A stretch of 63,333 bases of DNA, filler included, from Octopus bimaculoides (GCF_001194135.2; 8 parts of 8 records of this genome joined end to end with filler, not necessarily neighbours in it), one strand, 5' to 3'; shown: positions 1 through 12,551, counted from the first letter of the whole stretch. Made by a program: numbers and translations. The notes: generated by a model not told the origin, from the letters alone.

Positions 1-381
1 TTACATCGACCCCAGTGCGTAACTGGTACTTAATTTATCGACCCCGAAAGGATGAAAAGCAAAGTCGACCTCGGTGGAATTTGAACTCAGAACGTAACGG
101 CAGATGAAATACTGCTAAGCATTTCGCCTGGCATGCTAACGATTCTTATTTCTTTATTGCCCACAAGGGGCTAAACATAGAAGGGACAAACAAGGACAGA
201 CAAAGGGGTTAAGTCGATTACATCGACCCCAGTGCGTAACTGGTACTTAATTTATCGACCCCGAAAGGATGAAAAGCAAAGTCGACCTCAGTGGAATTTG
301 AACTCAGAACGTAATGGCAAACGAAATATCACTAAGGATTTCGCCCGTCGTGCCAATGATTCTGCAAGCTTGCCACCTTCA
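1..381 (-). mobile_element. tRNA-derived SINE family A, head-to-tail dimer, truncated by the window start
   Basis: Reverse complement matches the intact copy at 9526-9756 (A-box-like GGTGGCAAGCTTGCAGAA, B-box-like GAGTTCAAATTCC, GGGGTCGAT body). The second monomer is joined at 146/147 without its A-box. Confidence 0.85.
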
Positions 382-486
382 TAATATTTATAATAATAAT
401 GATGTATCAGATGATTATTAAAATTATGGATATCTTCTTATAGATACTTATTATTAACTCTGTTCTTTTTTTTTATATATTTTCAG

Positions 487-962
487 CTACACTGATTGGT
501 CTGGGCATCTCTATAGCATTGGTGCTGGCCATTGTTGTATTAGTGATAGGTCGATGCCTCAGGAGACATCAAATGGTACAGGAGGCTAGTTCTGAAACCT
601 TACTCATACCTGGCATACTGCAGCAGCCGCTGAGACGACAGCGAATGGGTGCGACAACAACAACAGCAGCAGCAGCAACAGCAAATGCTTCGACAACAAC
701 AGGGCCGACTGCAATGGCAGCAGCGGCTGCAGCAGCAGCAATGGCCTCGCCCCCATACACGCCACGCGCGCAGACATCAACCGATCCCTCAAGCATAGCA
801 ACTGACATTCCTGACCAGATCCCGAAGGATCTCCCACCTCAGTACCCCGGTCATCCACCATATCCCCATTCCTGCACGAACGATAAAGACGACTACACAA
901 CACCACCCCCTTCTTATGAGCAGGTCATGGCCGAAATGAGGAACCGGTCAGAGGAGCAGTAA
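487..962 (+). CDS. Terminal coding exon of a single-pass membrane protein with a proline-rich, PY-motif cytoplasmic tail
   Basis: Polypyrimidine tract and TTTCAG acceptor end at 486 (phase 1). The frame reads TLIGLGISIALVLAIVVLVIG (TM helix), RCLRR (positive-inside), a Thr/Ala tract, PPQY (834-845), PPSY (906-917) and TAA at 960-962. GC content is higher than in the flanks. Confidence 0.85.
654..740 (+). repeat. Coding (ACA)n/(GCA)n trinucleotide tract encoding poly-Thr/poly-Ala
   Basis: acaacaacaacagcagcagcagcaacagca...gcagcagcggctgcagcagcagca inside the exon. Confidence 0.8.
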
Positions 963-1559
963 ATAATGCCTAGCTTTTGTAAAGTCTCAAAAGATTTTAC
1001 ACATCATATATGTTATAATATATATACATCATATTATATTATAGTATAAATATATATTATATATATAAATATANNNNNNNNNNNNNNNNNNNNNNNNNNN
1101 NNNNNNNNNNNNNNNNNNNNNNNNNNNNNNNNNNNNNNNNNNNNNNNNNNNNNNNNNNNNNNNNNNNNNNNNNNNNNNNNNNNNNNNNNNNNNNNNNNNN
1201 NNNNNNNNNNNNNNNNNNNNNNNNNNNNNNNNNNNNNNNNNNNNNNNNNNNNNNNNNNNNCTACCCGCCCACCCCACCCCCCTTTTGTCTAATGAAGTCA
1301 CTGAAAACAAAAGTAATTAATTAAAGCAATTAATTAGAAAATTTAGGGTCTTTAAAAATGACAAGGTAAACCATTTGTCTGAAGGACCAACCACCATCTA
1401 TCTTGGGTGGGGGATTGGGGATACGTGGGGGGTGGGCAGTTGCATAAGGGACGTAAACTGTTATTTAAACCCACATTTGCACTTAGATGAACAGACAGAT
1501 TTCGGGATGCGTGGGGGTATGGAGAAAGTGTTGCTAAGTCAGAGATGAAGAAGGACGTT

Positions 1560-1603
1560 AATAAAAACAAAACAAACAAAAAAATTTAAAAATACATAAT
1601 AAA
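1560..1603 (+). promoter_or_regulatory. Candidate polyadenylation signals for the PY-motif gene
   Basis: AATAAA at 1560-1565 and 1598-1603, about 600 nt after the stop. The hexamer is common in AT-rich DNA, so support is weak. Confidence 0.25.
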
Positions 1604-3754
1604 CAAAACAAATGAATAACATATGGCAGCATGGGAGGGGGAGTTATTCAGGCAGATGAAGAGACAGACAGACAGGTAGACAGGTTGACAAGCAGACAGA
1701 CAGTGATATATAGATAGACGCAGGGAAACAGACTGGAGTTCTGACTACTGTAGTATGGGCACAAATGAGTTTAGTGGACATTGACATACAGGTACAAATG
1801 GCAAAATAGGATGCTTAAGACACAGACAGGAAGATGATAGTTAGGTGGGGGTAAAATAGATGGACAAATGATGCAGGAGGATAAGTCAGAAGAATGCTAT
1901 ACACTCATAGGTACCTGCACACATATGCATACATATAAGAGGTGAAAGAATGGGAATGTTTATGAAATGACAACAAAGCCACAACAGACGTCGTATATGG
2001 ATTTTTTCTTTTTTTTTTTTTCAAATGGAAATTGTACATACTTGTTAATTAACTGTTAATCAATATGTTAATTGGGTTAGTGACAGTAGCACTCCACCCT
2101 CGTTCCCACAGCCTGGAGAGGGGGGTGGGTGGCATTCGTGCGAGCATACTAGAAGGAGGACGAGGAAGAGGAGGAAATCACGAGAGGGGGAGTAGTGTAG
2201 AACTAGTCCCCTGAGGTTTGTAGTCTGTGAAGGAAAAAATAAAATGCAAGAAAATGTTGCTATTTTCTGAGAAACCAAAAAAAAAAAAAAAAATACAGGA
2301 AATTAGCAACAATGACCTGTGTTGGGTTTGAACTTGTGACAATGTAGTGTGACAATTATGGCAATTTGCAATGGATGAATTGAATGAGAAAATTGTTGTT
2401 TCTTTTTTTTTTGCTTTGTTCTTTTCTTGTATATTTTTTTTCTTTGTCTTGTTGCTTCCTTTCCACTTAAAAAAGTTCTTATTTTGATTGATTTATTTAT
2501 GTTCTTTGTTGTCCAAAATTGTTATTTATTTTTATGACTCACTCACATTGTATCACTGTGACATGGTGCTATTTCTGACACCATCCTAATGTGCCATAGT
2601 TCAGATGTGGGTAGCACTCACTGTAATCTTGTGCCATGGTATTAACCTTGATTTTTTTTGGGACATTGCCACTATGTGCTATGGTGCCATTATTTTTTTT
2701 TGTTTTTTCACTGTGTCACAAGGCTGTGATGTAGTTAACAACACCAACACTTTGTGCCACAATATCACAATGGCACAAAGACCCAGTTGACTCAACTGTA
2801 TCTGAAACTGTGCCATCTATTCTTAACTAGATCCAAAACAACCAACAAATAAAAAAAAATTTTAAAAAACACAAATAAAAAAAAATTATACAAAATCTCT
2901 AGTTTCCATTTCAAAATTGTCCAATACACAATTTGATTCCTTTTTGGAAACACTTTCATGTATATGTTGCTAATGTCTTTTGGGGAAGGCATGAATGTTA
3001 CAGTTTCACTTTCCACTTGCCATTCCATTCTAAATTTTTAGTCTTATAGTTTGTGTGTAACAAAGCTATTTTATTATTTTTTTTAATTTTTTAATTTCTT
3101 CAACATTACATATCTGGGTATTTAAAAAAAATTTTTTTTAAAGTATTTGGTGCAGATGGTATAGAAGTGATTTTGATACTTCATAGTATCTATGTTTGAT
3201 GTATTTTAGATTTGAGTTCAAATCCTTGTGATGACTGATTTTTTTTATATGTCTTTCTTTCTTCTTGCTATAAATAAAAGATATGCCAGAAAAGAACACT
3301 GAAACCCACCCTTACATAAAATTGTGTCTTTGTATTGCATTTTTTTTCCAACACTTTAATGATTTTGCCAGGTTGACACCTTTATAACAAAAACAATAAC
3401 AAAAATAATGATAATAATAATAATAATATATTTGGTAAGTAACAGAAAGGAAGTCTCCTTAGTACATCTAAAATCTCAAGAGATGCACTCGATATCTGAT
3501 GACATGGGTAGATTGATGTTTAGTTGGAACAATTTCTGCAAAATGTGCTATTTTTTATTCCGATGCTCTAACAATTCTGCCAGTTTGCTGATTTTGATAG
3601 CTTTGTAGTTTAAGTACAAAGTCAAAGATTTTGAGGGAAGGGTTTAATCTATGCTAGTAGTTCTCGGTGAGCGGTACGGAGCCCCGAGGGGCGATAATGG
3701 GGTGGCCAAAAGGGGACGATGAATGTAAAAAAAAACATCAAAATATTGCGTTAC

Positions 3755-3947
3755 TCTAGTTTCAGTCATTTGACTGTGGCCATGCTGGAGCACCGCCTTT
3801 AGTCGAGCAAATCGACCCCAGGACTTATTCTTTGTAAGCCTAGTACTTATTCTATCGGTCTCTTTTGCCGAACCGCTAAGATACGGGGACTTAAACACAC
3901 CAACATCGGTTGTCAAGCGATGTTGGGGGGACAAACACAGACACACA
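3755..3947 (-). mobile_element. SINE family B, 3' module, cut by a gap
   Basis: tttcagtcatttgactgtggccatgctggagcaccgcctttagtcgagcaaatcgaccccaggac... is near-identical to the copies at 9961-10336 and 32220-32580. Confidence 0.85.
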
Positions 3948-4047
3948 NNNNNNNNNNNNNNNNNNNNNNNNNNNNNNNNNNNNNNNNNNNNTTAATTAAT
4001 TAANNNNNNNNNNNNNNNNNNNNNNNNNNNNNNNNNNNNNNNNNNNN
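3948..4047. other. Assembly gap placeholder N44-TTAATTAATTAA-N44 (100 bp), seven copies in the window
   Basis: Identical structure at 3948-4047, 12596-12695, 34969-35068, 43971-44070, 49526-49625, 57053-57152 and 61977-62076. The palindromic 12-mer puts stops in all six frames. Confidence 0.95.
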
Positions 4048-4480
4048 CATCACCACCATCACCACCACCACCATCATCACCACCACCACCATCACCACCA
4101 CCACCAACATCACCACCATCACCACCACCACTACCACCACTACTACCACCACTACCACCATCAGTAACATCAACATCTTCATCATCACCATCACCGCTAC
4201 AACTGCCACCTCTAGCAGCAGCACAAGCCACAACACCCCCATCGCCACAATCGCCACATCACTACCACCATCACCAACAACAACAACAGCAACAACACCA
4301 TCACTAGTAGCAACAGCAGTACACTGAAACCGCCACCACAGGCATCATTATCACCATCATCATCATCAGCAGCAGCAGCAGCCGCAGCATCACCACCACC
4401 ACTACTACAGCCACAACCACAAGCAGTATCCTGGCGACTACCTCCACCACCAACACTACCACCAGTATCATCGGCAGCTT
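4048..4480. repeat. Compound (CAC/CAT/CAA/CAG)n trinucleotide microsatellite
   Basis: caccaccatcaccaccaccaccatcatc... grading into caa, cag and cta units. Confidence 0.9.
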
Positions 4481-4580
4481 ACAACTGCTGATTCCGACAT
4501 TTCATATTATTGCGTACCTAATCAATCTTACCGGTTACAATTGGTAACTACACTAATTAAAACCTAATCGTTAAATGTGT

Positions 4581-4616
<36 letters not shown>

Positions 4617-4989
4617 GTGTGTGTGTGTGTGAGCTTTAAGTTCAAGCCGTAAAGGAGAGGATTAAAAAGAGGTGGTCTTATGCAGATCTGCACTGTACTA
4701 TGCCCAAGAATTGCATGACTTTGAATGACTTTTGATGGAGTCTGAGTGACATAAGACAATGTGAAAAGCGATTTTTGGGGACTGAGCTACCTTTCCCGCA
4801 AACACATGTGCTTTCATGAAACAGCTGTTGGTACAGAAATGCAGAATCCTAACCATCTGCTCCGACGGTGATTGACATTCACTTCAGAACCCTTTTCAGT
4901 GTTGAATTTATGAACCGAGACCTAGGCCACTGCAAATCCTTGATCAGTAAACCTACACCATCTCTAATGCAGACTTATCAATCAATGGT

Positions 4990-5390
4990 GAAGCACGGTG
5001 AAGCTTTTTACACTGCATTCCAGTAACAACGTAATGAAAACTGATGCAAATGCAGAATGTGCAGCTACCGCGATTAGAAGATATCACATCATCTCAAGCT
5101 GCCCAGTCTTTGCCGAAAATATGCAGAGACATTAAAGAGTGGGCAGTTAAATCCACTGAGAATATATTCCAACACTTTGATGTAAAAGCAGATAAGAAGG
5201 CATATGTCACAATGGCGGTATATGACAACGAACTGGCCATAATCAAGCCAAACCACGCTGATATAATAATTAAGGATTGTAGCATGTAAACTGGTAGACA
5301 TTACAATGCATTCTCAGCCAAATATTAGCCATGAAGAAATTGGAAAACTCGAAATACAAGAAAGATAAAATCAAAATATTTACGAAGTGA
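4990..5390 (+). mobile_element. Degenerate R4/Dong-clade non-LTR retrotransposon, zinc knuckle and restriction-like endonuclease region
   Basis: With frameshifts and stops: KCRMC...HIISSCPVFAEN.QRH..V..IH, then NHADIIIKD and LVDITMHSQPNISHEEIGKL, matching the CCHC and PD-(D/E)xK layout of this clade. Confidence 0.7.
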
Positions 5391-6508
5391 GACATTGAAG
5401 AGAAAATAGAACCAAAAATTCAGGAAATAATGAATCTCTTTTTAAGCTGTCTTTAAATTCATAAAGTGCTCGAAGAAAATTTATTTTCAGAAAAGATATT
5501 CGTTTGTGTTTCTTTGCTGTTCTGTCTCCAGGGATGAAGATACCGTCTAGTTCTAGTGAATTGAGAAGGTTTCACCTGCTTTGGGGACACTGAAACATTC
5601 TTGTCAGACAGGGAATTAAAACTATGCATAAAGGCTTGCTTGTATCTATGACGCTTGCATCATCACGTCAACCCTGCTATACTCATCTAAGACGCGGATC
5701 TCGAATTTATTAGATTTTTCCGGACATATGTAAGGCGTATATTAAACATCAGTTGGAAGTATTTTGCATCTGGCACAGAAATCATATAAAATGCGAGATG
5801 TCTCAATATGGAAGCTCGCTTCATCAAGTTGCATATGAAATCAGTTGTTCACTTTCATGATTTCAAAATTAATGAGTGATCACTGTATAGAGAAGTTGCT
5901 CTCTGTGTCTCCATCACAAACTAAAAATAGAAAGAAATTCCATGACATCACGAAGAGTTAGCCCTAATTCATTTAAAATAGAGCTATTCATTGAAAACAT
6001 CACACATAACAAAAGTAAATGACGGTTTTTAACTTGAAACGATAGCCAGCAGTTTGAGATAATTTGGATTACTCATCAAAAAATGAGACATTATGTCCGA
6101 AAACTGCAGGATATCGAAGCTCTAAATGATACTGGAATCAGAAGTATTTCTGGTCTTTGCATTACAATCTAATGGTGCCGGCGTTTCAATGTGATTCTGC
6201 CATCATCTACATAACAATGGCTGCATAACGTTCTAGTATTCGCAAGGGAAACACATGTAAAAATTGTGTAATTTATGGTGTCATAATAAACTATTACGCT
6301 AACTCTCCTGTTTTATTCTGCTCTCGGATATAAACTCAGTTATTCAAATGTATATAAAACCAAGAAGACTAAAAACAATAATCAGTTGAGAATTTATGTT
6401 TAGTAATTGATCGAACTTTTGATATATATGGATATACACAGAAATCTCAGTATTGGTTAACCGTTTATGTTATCTCACTCGAAGCAACAATTCTACAAAA
6501 CAAATAAT

Positions 6509-6566
<58 letters not shown>

Positions 6567-9525
6567 GAAAATATATTATATATTATACTATATATATCAT
6601 GGTTGTATATGTATGTGTGTGCTATTGTCTGTAGTGTATGTATAAATATCTTTTCAAGCAGGCCNNNNNNNNNNNNNNNNNNNNNNNNNNNNNNNNNNNN
6701 NNNNNNNNNNNNNNNNNNNNNNNNNNNNNNNNNNNNNNNNNNNNNNNNNNNNNNNNNNNNNNNNNNNNNNNNNNNNNNNNNNNNNNNNNNNNNNNNNNNN
6801 NNNNNNNNNNNNNNNNNNNNNNNNNNNNNNNNNNNNNNNNNNNNNNNNNNNNNNNNNNNNNNNNNTATATACAAACAATATATGAGTATATGCATATATA
6901 TACATGCTTGTACATACCTTCATCTACATGTACATATAGATACATATCTGGGTATATGACGTTGCAAAAGAACATGGACAAAATGATAAACAAGGTACAA
7001 CAAACAAAAAGGCTGTACAACCAGACGTGGAGAAATCTGTGTGTATTAATATATATATAAATCGATTGTGTATATCACTCACTTTGTAAGTACAAATCGA
7101 TATATGTACACATGAGTATATATGTTTGTCTATGAGTGTGTGTGTGCGTGTGCGCATTTGTGTGTATGTGTACACGCTCTTTACTCTGCAGGTATATTTA
7201 GTACAAGCGACTATCTCTAGCTTAGCATTCCTCTTGTTTGTGATGCTGTTATTGACAACGTATAAATGAAAATAACAAGTAAATAATTGCATAAACAGAG
7301 AAAAGAGAAAGTAAGAAATCGATGACAGGTGAGTAAGTTAATTCATACGTACGTTTTATTTTCATATTTATTTAAACCTTAATTAAAAGCAGTCTTTTAA
7401 GAGATTGTTCCATCGCTATATTTTAATTAAAATTTATTAGTGGTGAGATTTTGTCAAGAGACCACACGGGATTACACTCTTATCGGTTAATGAGCAGATC
7501 ATAGACGAATCTAAAATTCATAAATATATTAAATTAACTTGTCTATTTCTGTTTAATATCAAATCAAATCAAATCAAATTTCTCAAAATTTAAGCGTAAA
7601 CTTAGTTGTATAACCAAAGTTTATGAAGAAATTCTTACAAATAAACACAGACATACATAGATACATATATACATACATATATATATATATATATANNNNN
7701 NNNNNNNNNNNNNNNNNNNNNNNNNNNNNNNNNNNNNNNNNNNNNNNNNNNNNNNNNNNNNNNNNNNNNNNNNNNNNNNNNNNNNNNNNNNNNNNNNNNN
7801 NNNNNNNNNNNNNNNNNNNNNNNNNNNNNNNNNNNNNNNNNNNNNNNNNNNNNNNNNNNNNNNNNNNNNNNNNNNNNNNNNNNNNNNNNNNNNNNNNNNN
7901 NNNNNNNNNNNNNNNNNNNNNNNNNNNNNNNNNNNNNNNNNNNNNNNNNNNNNNNNNNNNNNNNNNNNNNNNNNNNNNNNNNNNNNNNNNNNNNNNNNNN
8001 NNNNNNNNNNNNNNNNNNNNNNNNNNNNNNNNNNNNNNNNNNNNNNNNNNNNNNNNNNNNNNNNNNNNNNNNNNNNNNNNNNNNNNNNNNNNNNNNNNNN
8101 NNNNNNNNNNNNNNNNNNNNNNNNNNNNNNNNNNNNNNNNNNNNNNNNNNNNNNNNNNNNNNNNNNNNNNNNNNNNNNNNNNNNNNNNNNNNNNNNNNNN
8201 NNNNNNNNNNNNNNNNNNNNNNNNNNNNNNNNNNNNNNNNNNNNNNNNNNNNNNNNNNNNNNNNNNNNNNNNNNNNNNNNNNNNNNNNNNNNNNNNNNNN
8301 NNNNNNNNNNNGAAGAAAGAGTATTTAGAAAGAATATTTTAATCTTAGGAAGAAAAACAACATCCAATTTATGCAGTTCTTTATATTTCATGCGCGGCAG
8401 AAAACCTAATTTTAATTACAAATTCAAAAGTTTTATAATTCTGTTAGTGAGTAAAAAAAAAAAAAAAGTTTTGATATTCGTAAATTTAAAATACTGATCA
8501 ATAAGAAAATTAGATTTGTTGTTTGATTGAATTTTCCTTTTTCTTTTTTGTTGTGTTGTTTTTTTGTTATTATTTAAAAAAAAAAACATTTTTTCCTTTT
8601 TATTTCTTTGCAAAATATTTCCTGGAAAATTAAGAACATATTAAACGATTTCAGTAATTAAAAATACAATAGAAATCTCAGCTATTTTAAAAATTTATGT
8701 AAACTAATCTCCAAATAACACGACTTAATTTTCAGCAAATTCTGTAAAAATATTTGAATCTATTTTTAAAATCGAATATTTTACAATGAAATTACTATTA
8801 ATATTAAAAACGAAAAGGGGATATAAACCATCGTTACAAATGTAAGAGATAGTTTGCAGATACTCGTGTTTCGTTCGTTTTTTTAAGAGGTGAATTGATT
8901 GCGCAAATTGAGTGGAGGTTTTCAGCGTTCATTAACTTGCTGCATTGACTAATCAAAATTACCATTTTTGCTCTTTATTTACTGTTACAAGAACTAAATG
9001 GAAGCCGAGTAACTTTTATTGCTTAATCATTTATTTTGTTGTTGTAGTAGAGATTTCAATGAAAGACTTCAAATTCCGAGAACTTCTTGGAAACAATTTA
9101 TCATGTGATCACTTTTAATATCAGGAATAGGGAATAAGTAGTACAGGCCCAGCAGTTCGAATCTATCTCTGTCAACGACTGCTTCCCAAACTATACATTA
9201 TTCTGACTGCTTAGTTGAAAGTCTTCTCAAATGTTTTTTAAGTATTACAATTTGTTTTTTACAATTTGGAGAACGTGAAACTGACCATTGACTAATAAGC
9301 TGAAATCTCCGGATATTCTTCTGCTTTATGACTCTTTATATTAATTATGTTAGCACCCACTTAACTATGTATACTTTATGCAGAACGCAAGCCTAGTTTT
9401 TTTGTTTTTTTTTCTTTAGTCTTTTTTTCAATACATGACATCTGTCAATGTTTGTTAACTCAAAATTTTAATATCTGTCAGTCATTTAACACCTAGGAAT
9501 CTATGACTAAAATATAATCAGAATT

Positions 9526-9756
9526 AAGGTGGCGAGCTGGCAGAAACGTTAGCACGCCGGACGAAATGCTTAGCGGTGTTTCGTCTGTCGTTACGCTCTG
9601 AGTTCAAATTCCGTCGAGGTCGACTTTGCCTTTCATCCTTTCGGGGTCGATTAAATAAGTACCAGTTACGCACTGGGGTCGATATAATCGACTTAACCTG
9701 TTTGTCTGTCCTTGTTTGTCCCCTCAGTGTATAGCCGCTTGTGGGCAGTAAAGAAA
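9526..9756 (+). mobile_element. Full-length tRNA-derived SINE family A with an 18-bp target-site duplication
   Basis: TSD TAAAATATAATCAGAATT at 9508-9525 and 9757-9774. A-box GGCGAGCTGGCAGAA, B-box GAGTTCAAATTCC, tail ending gtgggcagtaaagaaa. Confidence 0.92.
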
Positions 9757-9960
9757 TAAAATATAATCAGAATTTTAGTAGATTAAGTTGAAGGTTCACA
9801 GAAGACTTGCAACATACTTCGCTACAATTCAGCAGTTGCCATATTTGATACAAGAACTCAGAGCAGTGGTTTACCTCAGCGTCGTATTCCATATTTCTCA
9901 ACTCATCGGGAATTTCACATTATTGAGCTATGGCATCACATACTAAATCAGGTGAGAGAA

Positions 9961-10336
9961 CTCTTTTACTCTTTTACTTGCTTCAGTCATTTGACTGCAG
10001 CCATGCTGGAGCACCGCCTTTAGTCGACCAAATCGACCCCAGGTCTTATTCTTTGTAAGCCTAGTACTTATTCTATCAGTCTATTTTGTCGAACCGCTAA
10101 GTTACAGGGACGTAAACACACCAGCATCGGTTGTCTAGTGACGCTGGGGGAACCAGCACAGACACTCAAATATATACACACACATACATATATATACATA
10201 TATACGACGGGCTTCTTTCAGTTTCCGTTTACCAAATCCACTCACAAGGCTTTGGTCGGCCCGAGGCTATAGTAGAAGACACTTGCCCAAGGTGACATGC
10301 AGTGGGACTGAACCCGGAACCATGTGGTTGGTAAGC
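9961..10336 (-). mobile_element. SINE family B (tRNA head, CORE-like segment, internal TA/CA microsatellite, 3' module)
   Basis: The minus strand reads B-box GGGTTCAGTCCC, then ACCTTGGGCAAGTG (resembles the CORE/MIR core motif), a microsatellite and the 3' module. The extreme 5' end is lost in a gap. Confidence 0.85.
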
Positions 10337-10447
10337 NNNNNNNNNNNNNNNNNNNNNNNNNNNNNNNNNNNNNNNNNNNNNNNNNNNNNNNNNNNNNNNN
10401 NNNNNNNNNNNAAAACTAAAAAAAACCCTGCAGAAGAATTTGTGTAC

Positions 10448-10882
10448 ATTCTTTTCTACTCTTGGCACATGGCCCGAAATTTTAGGGGAAGGGGCCAGTC
10501 GATTAGATCGACCCCAGTTGCGTACTGGTACTTAATTTATCGACTTCGAAAGGATGAAAGGCAAAGTCGACCTCAGCAGAATTTAAACTCAGAACGTAAA
10601 GACAGACGAAATACCGCTAAGCATTTCGCCCGGCGGGCTAACGTTTCTTATTTCTTTATTGCCCACAAGGGGCTAAACATAGAGGGGACAAACAAGTACA
10701 GACAAATGGATTAAGTCAATTACATTGACCCCAGTGTGTAACTGGTACTTAATTTATCGACTCCGAAAGGACGAAAGGCAAAGACGACCTTGGTGGAATC
10801 TGAACTCAGAACACAAAGACAGGTGAAATACCGCTAAGCATTTTTGCCCGATATGCTAACGTTTCTGCCAGCTTGCTGCCAA
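10448..10882 (-). mobile_element. SINE family A dimer (head-body-tail1 joined to body-tail2)
   Basis: Two family A bodies. The junction ctaacgtttct|tatttctttattgcccacaagggg at 10648/10649 matches the junction at 146/147. Confidence 0.85.
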
Positions 10883-12193
10883 CTTTGATATGTAATAAAA
10901 GAGATTAGAAATCAACCAAAATGTTTACCAGTGCCTTACAGCTTACATAGATTTAGCAACATTATCCACCCTAAACTGTGCTTGGTGTCAGGTAGAAAGA
11001 CAACTAAAATTGAAATAACTAGTAACTGTTCAGTATTTAGTTTTAAAACCATTTATCTCAGCTATCTTCGTTGAGATGTTATATCGGAAACTTTTATCGA
11101 GAGCTGTATCAATAATGGTTCAAGCAAGCAATTTTGACGCATATTTCTCATAACCTCCAATATTATTGTTTCACACCTGATATTTAGTTTAAAGTCTATC
11201 ATCTGTATATTGCCAAAGTTCCTAATTGAGAAAGTGTGTGAAAGCCTTTCGCTTTATTAGTATCTAATTGTATAAATAGAAAGAACCAATGAGGTTGATG
11301 GAAGTACTAAAATGCTGCTTCGGGTAAAAAGTCAAACTGAAATAAGATAATCACAATTGTCTCTAGTTAATCAATTAGGCCTGAGGTTGATGATTTCTTC
11401 TCACCATACTGCTGGATTCAAGAAGCCGCATCAAGAAAAGATAGGATAACTTGCAAACACCTCTGAAAATGTGGCTAATTGCTTTGAGAATGATAATTTA
11501 AAGAGGGAAAATTGAAATAATACAAAGCAAAACAGAATGAAACTAAACAAAAAACTAAAACTTATACTAACATTAAGAAACAAAAACACAATTGAATTAT
11601 AAGAATTGTTTAAGTTTCAAAAATATATGGCTGTATATAGAATAATAAACAGACAAAAAAAAAACATTGCGGAGCATTGTGCTGCACCACCTGCAAGATA
11701 AGATTCAGTAAATGTGATAAGTCCCATACCAACTGACTAATTTGCATAGTGTTTTAACTGAAAACTGGTTTAAGCTGACTAAGCAACAACCAAAAATCGA
11801 TATTTTAGGCGAAATACCTCTTCTAAAGGCGACTTTCGTTAGGCATGATAATGAATGTGTCACATATAGCGTTAATTACAGGATTTCTATGGCATTGTTT
11901 CAACATTGTATCTTTAGATCTAATGTTACCTAAGGTCGCTGTTTCTCACTGGAATACTGTAACTGTCGGGGGTTTCCATCGCCATCTACCGTTAAAACAT
12001 CAGCAACACTAATGTGATTTGTTTGGGATTCTCAACTATACTCTTACTACTTAGAAAAGATTACAAGGTAAATGTATCAGTTGAATAAATCGACCGCAGG
12101 GATTATCTGCCACTTTATCTTATTGACCTTGTGATAATGAAAGGTAAACTTAACCTCCATGGAAATTGAACTCATAACTTAGGAAAATGTACA

Positions 12194-12285
12194 CAGTGAT
12201 CCTTCGACAATCGCGGGAGTTACGTTCCACCCCACCCCCTCACCCGTGATAGGTGAAAATCCGCGAAGTAGAAACCGTACTGCAC
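12194..12285 (+). mobile_element. pogo/Tigger-like (Tc1/mariner) transposon terminus, interrupted by a SINE B fragment (about 12290-12425)
   Basis: CAGTGATCCTTCGACAATCGCGGGAGTTACGTTCCA...GATAGGTGAAAATCCGCGAAGTAGAAACC resembles Tigger-type termini (from recall). No partner end was found. Confidence 0.5.
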
Positions 12286-12503
12286 TTCTTCCTTTATTCC
12301 TTTATTCTTTTACTTGTTTCAGTCATTTGACTGCGGCCATGCTGGAGCACCAGCTTTAGTCGAACAAATCTACCCCAGGACTTATTCTTTGTAAGCCTAG
12401 TACTTATTCAATCGGTTTCTCTTTTGAGAGGATTTACTTTTCGTAATGAGATAAAAAAAAAAAACCAAGGGTGTGTATAATATAGAACATTTATAAATAG
12501 AAT

Positions 12504-12551
12504 GTCTTACAGCTGTTTCCAGGATATTTATTATATCCCTTCATTGGAGAC
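12504..12551 (-). ncRNA. Decayed type I hammerhead-ribozyme-like motif
   Basis: Minus strand: gtct-CCAATGA-agggatat/atatcc-GAAAC-agct-GTA-agac. Stems I to III are present, but the core differs from CUGAUGA at two positions. Confidence 0.4.

Noticed and set aside
3992-4003. TTAATTAATTAA repeated seven times as a possible biological motif or CRISPR-like repeat
   Set aside because: Always centred in exactly N44...N44. It is a six-frame-stop gap spacer added during assembly, so contiguity across these points is uncertain.
9526-9620. tRNA genes at the A-box/B-box sequences
   Set aside because: No complete cloverleaf; each continues into a SINE body and tail.
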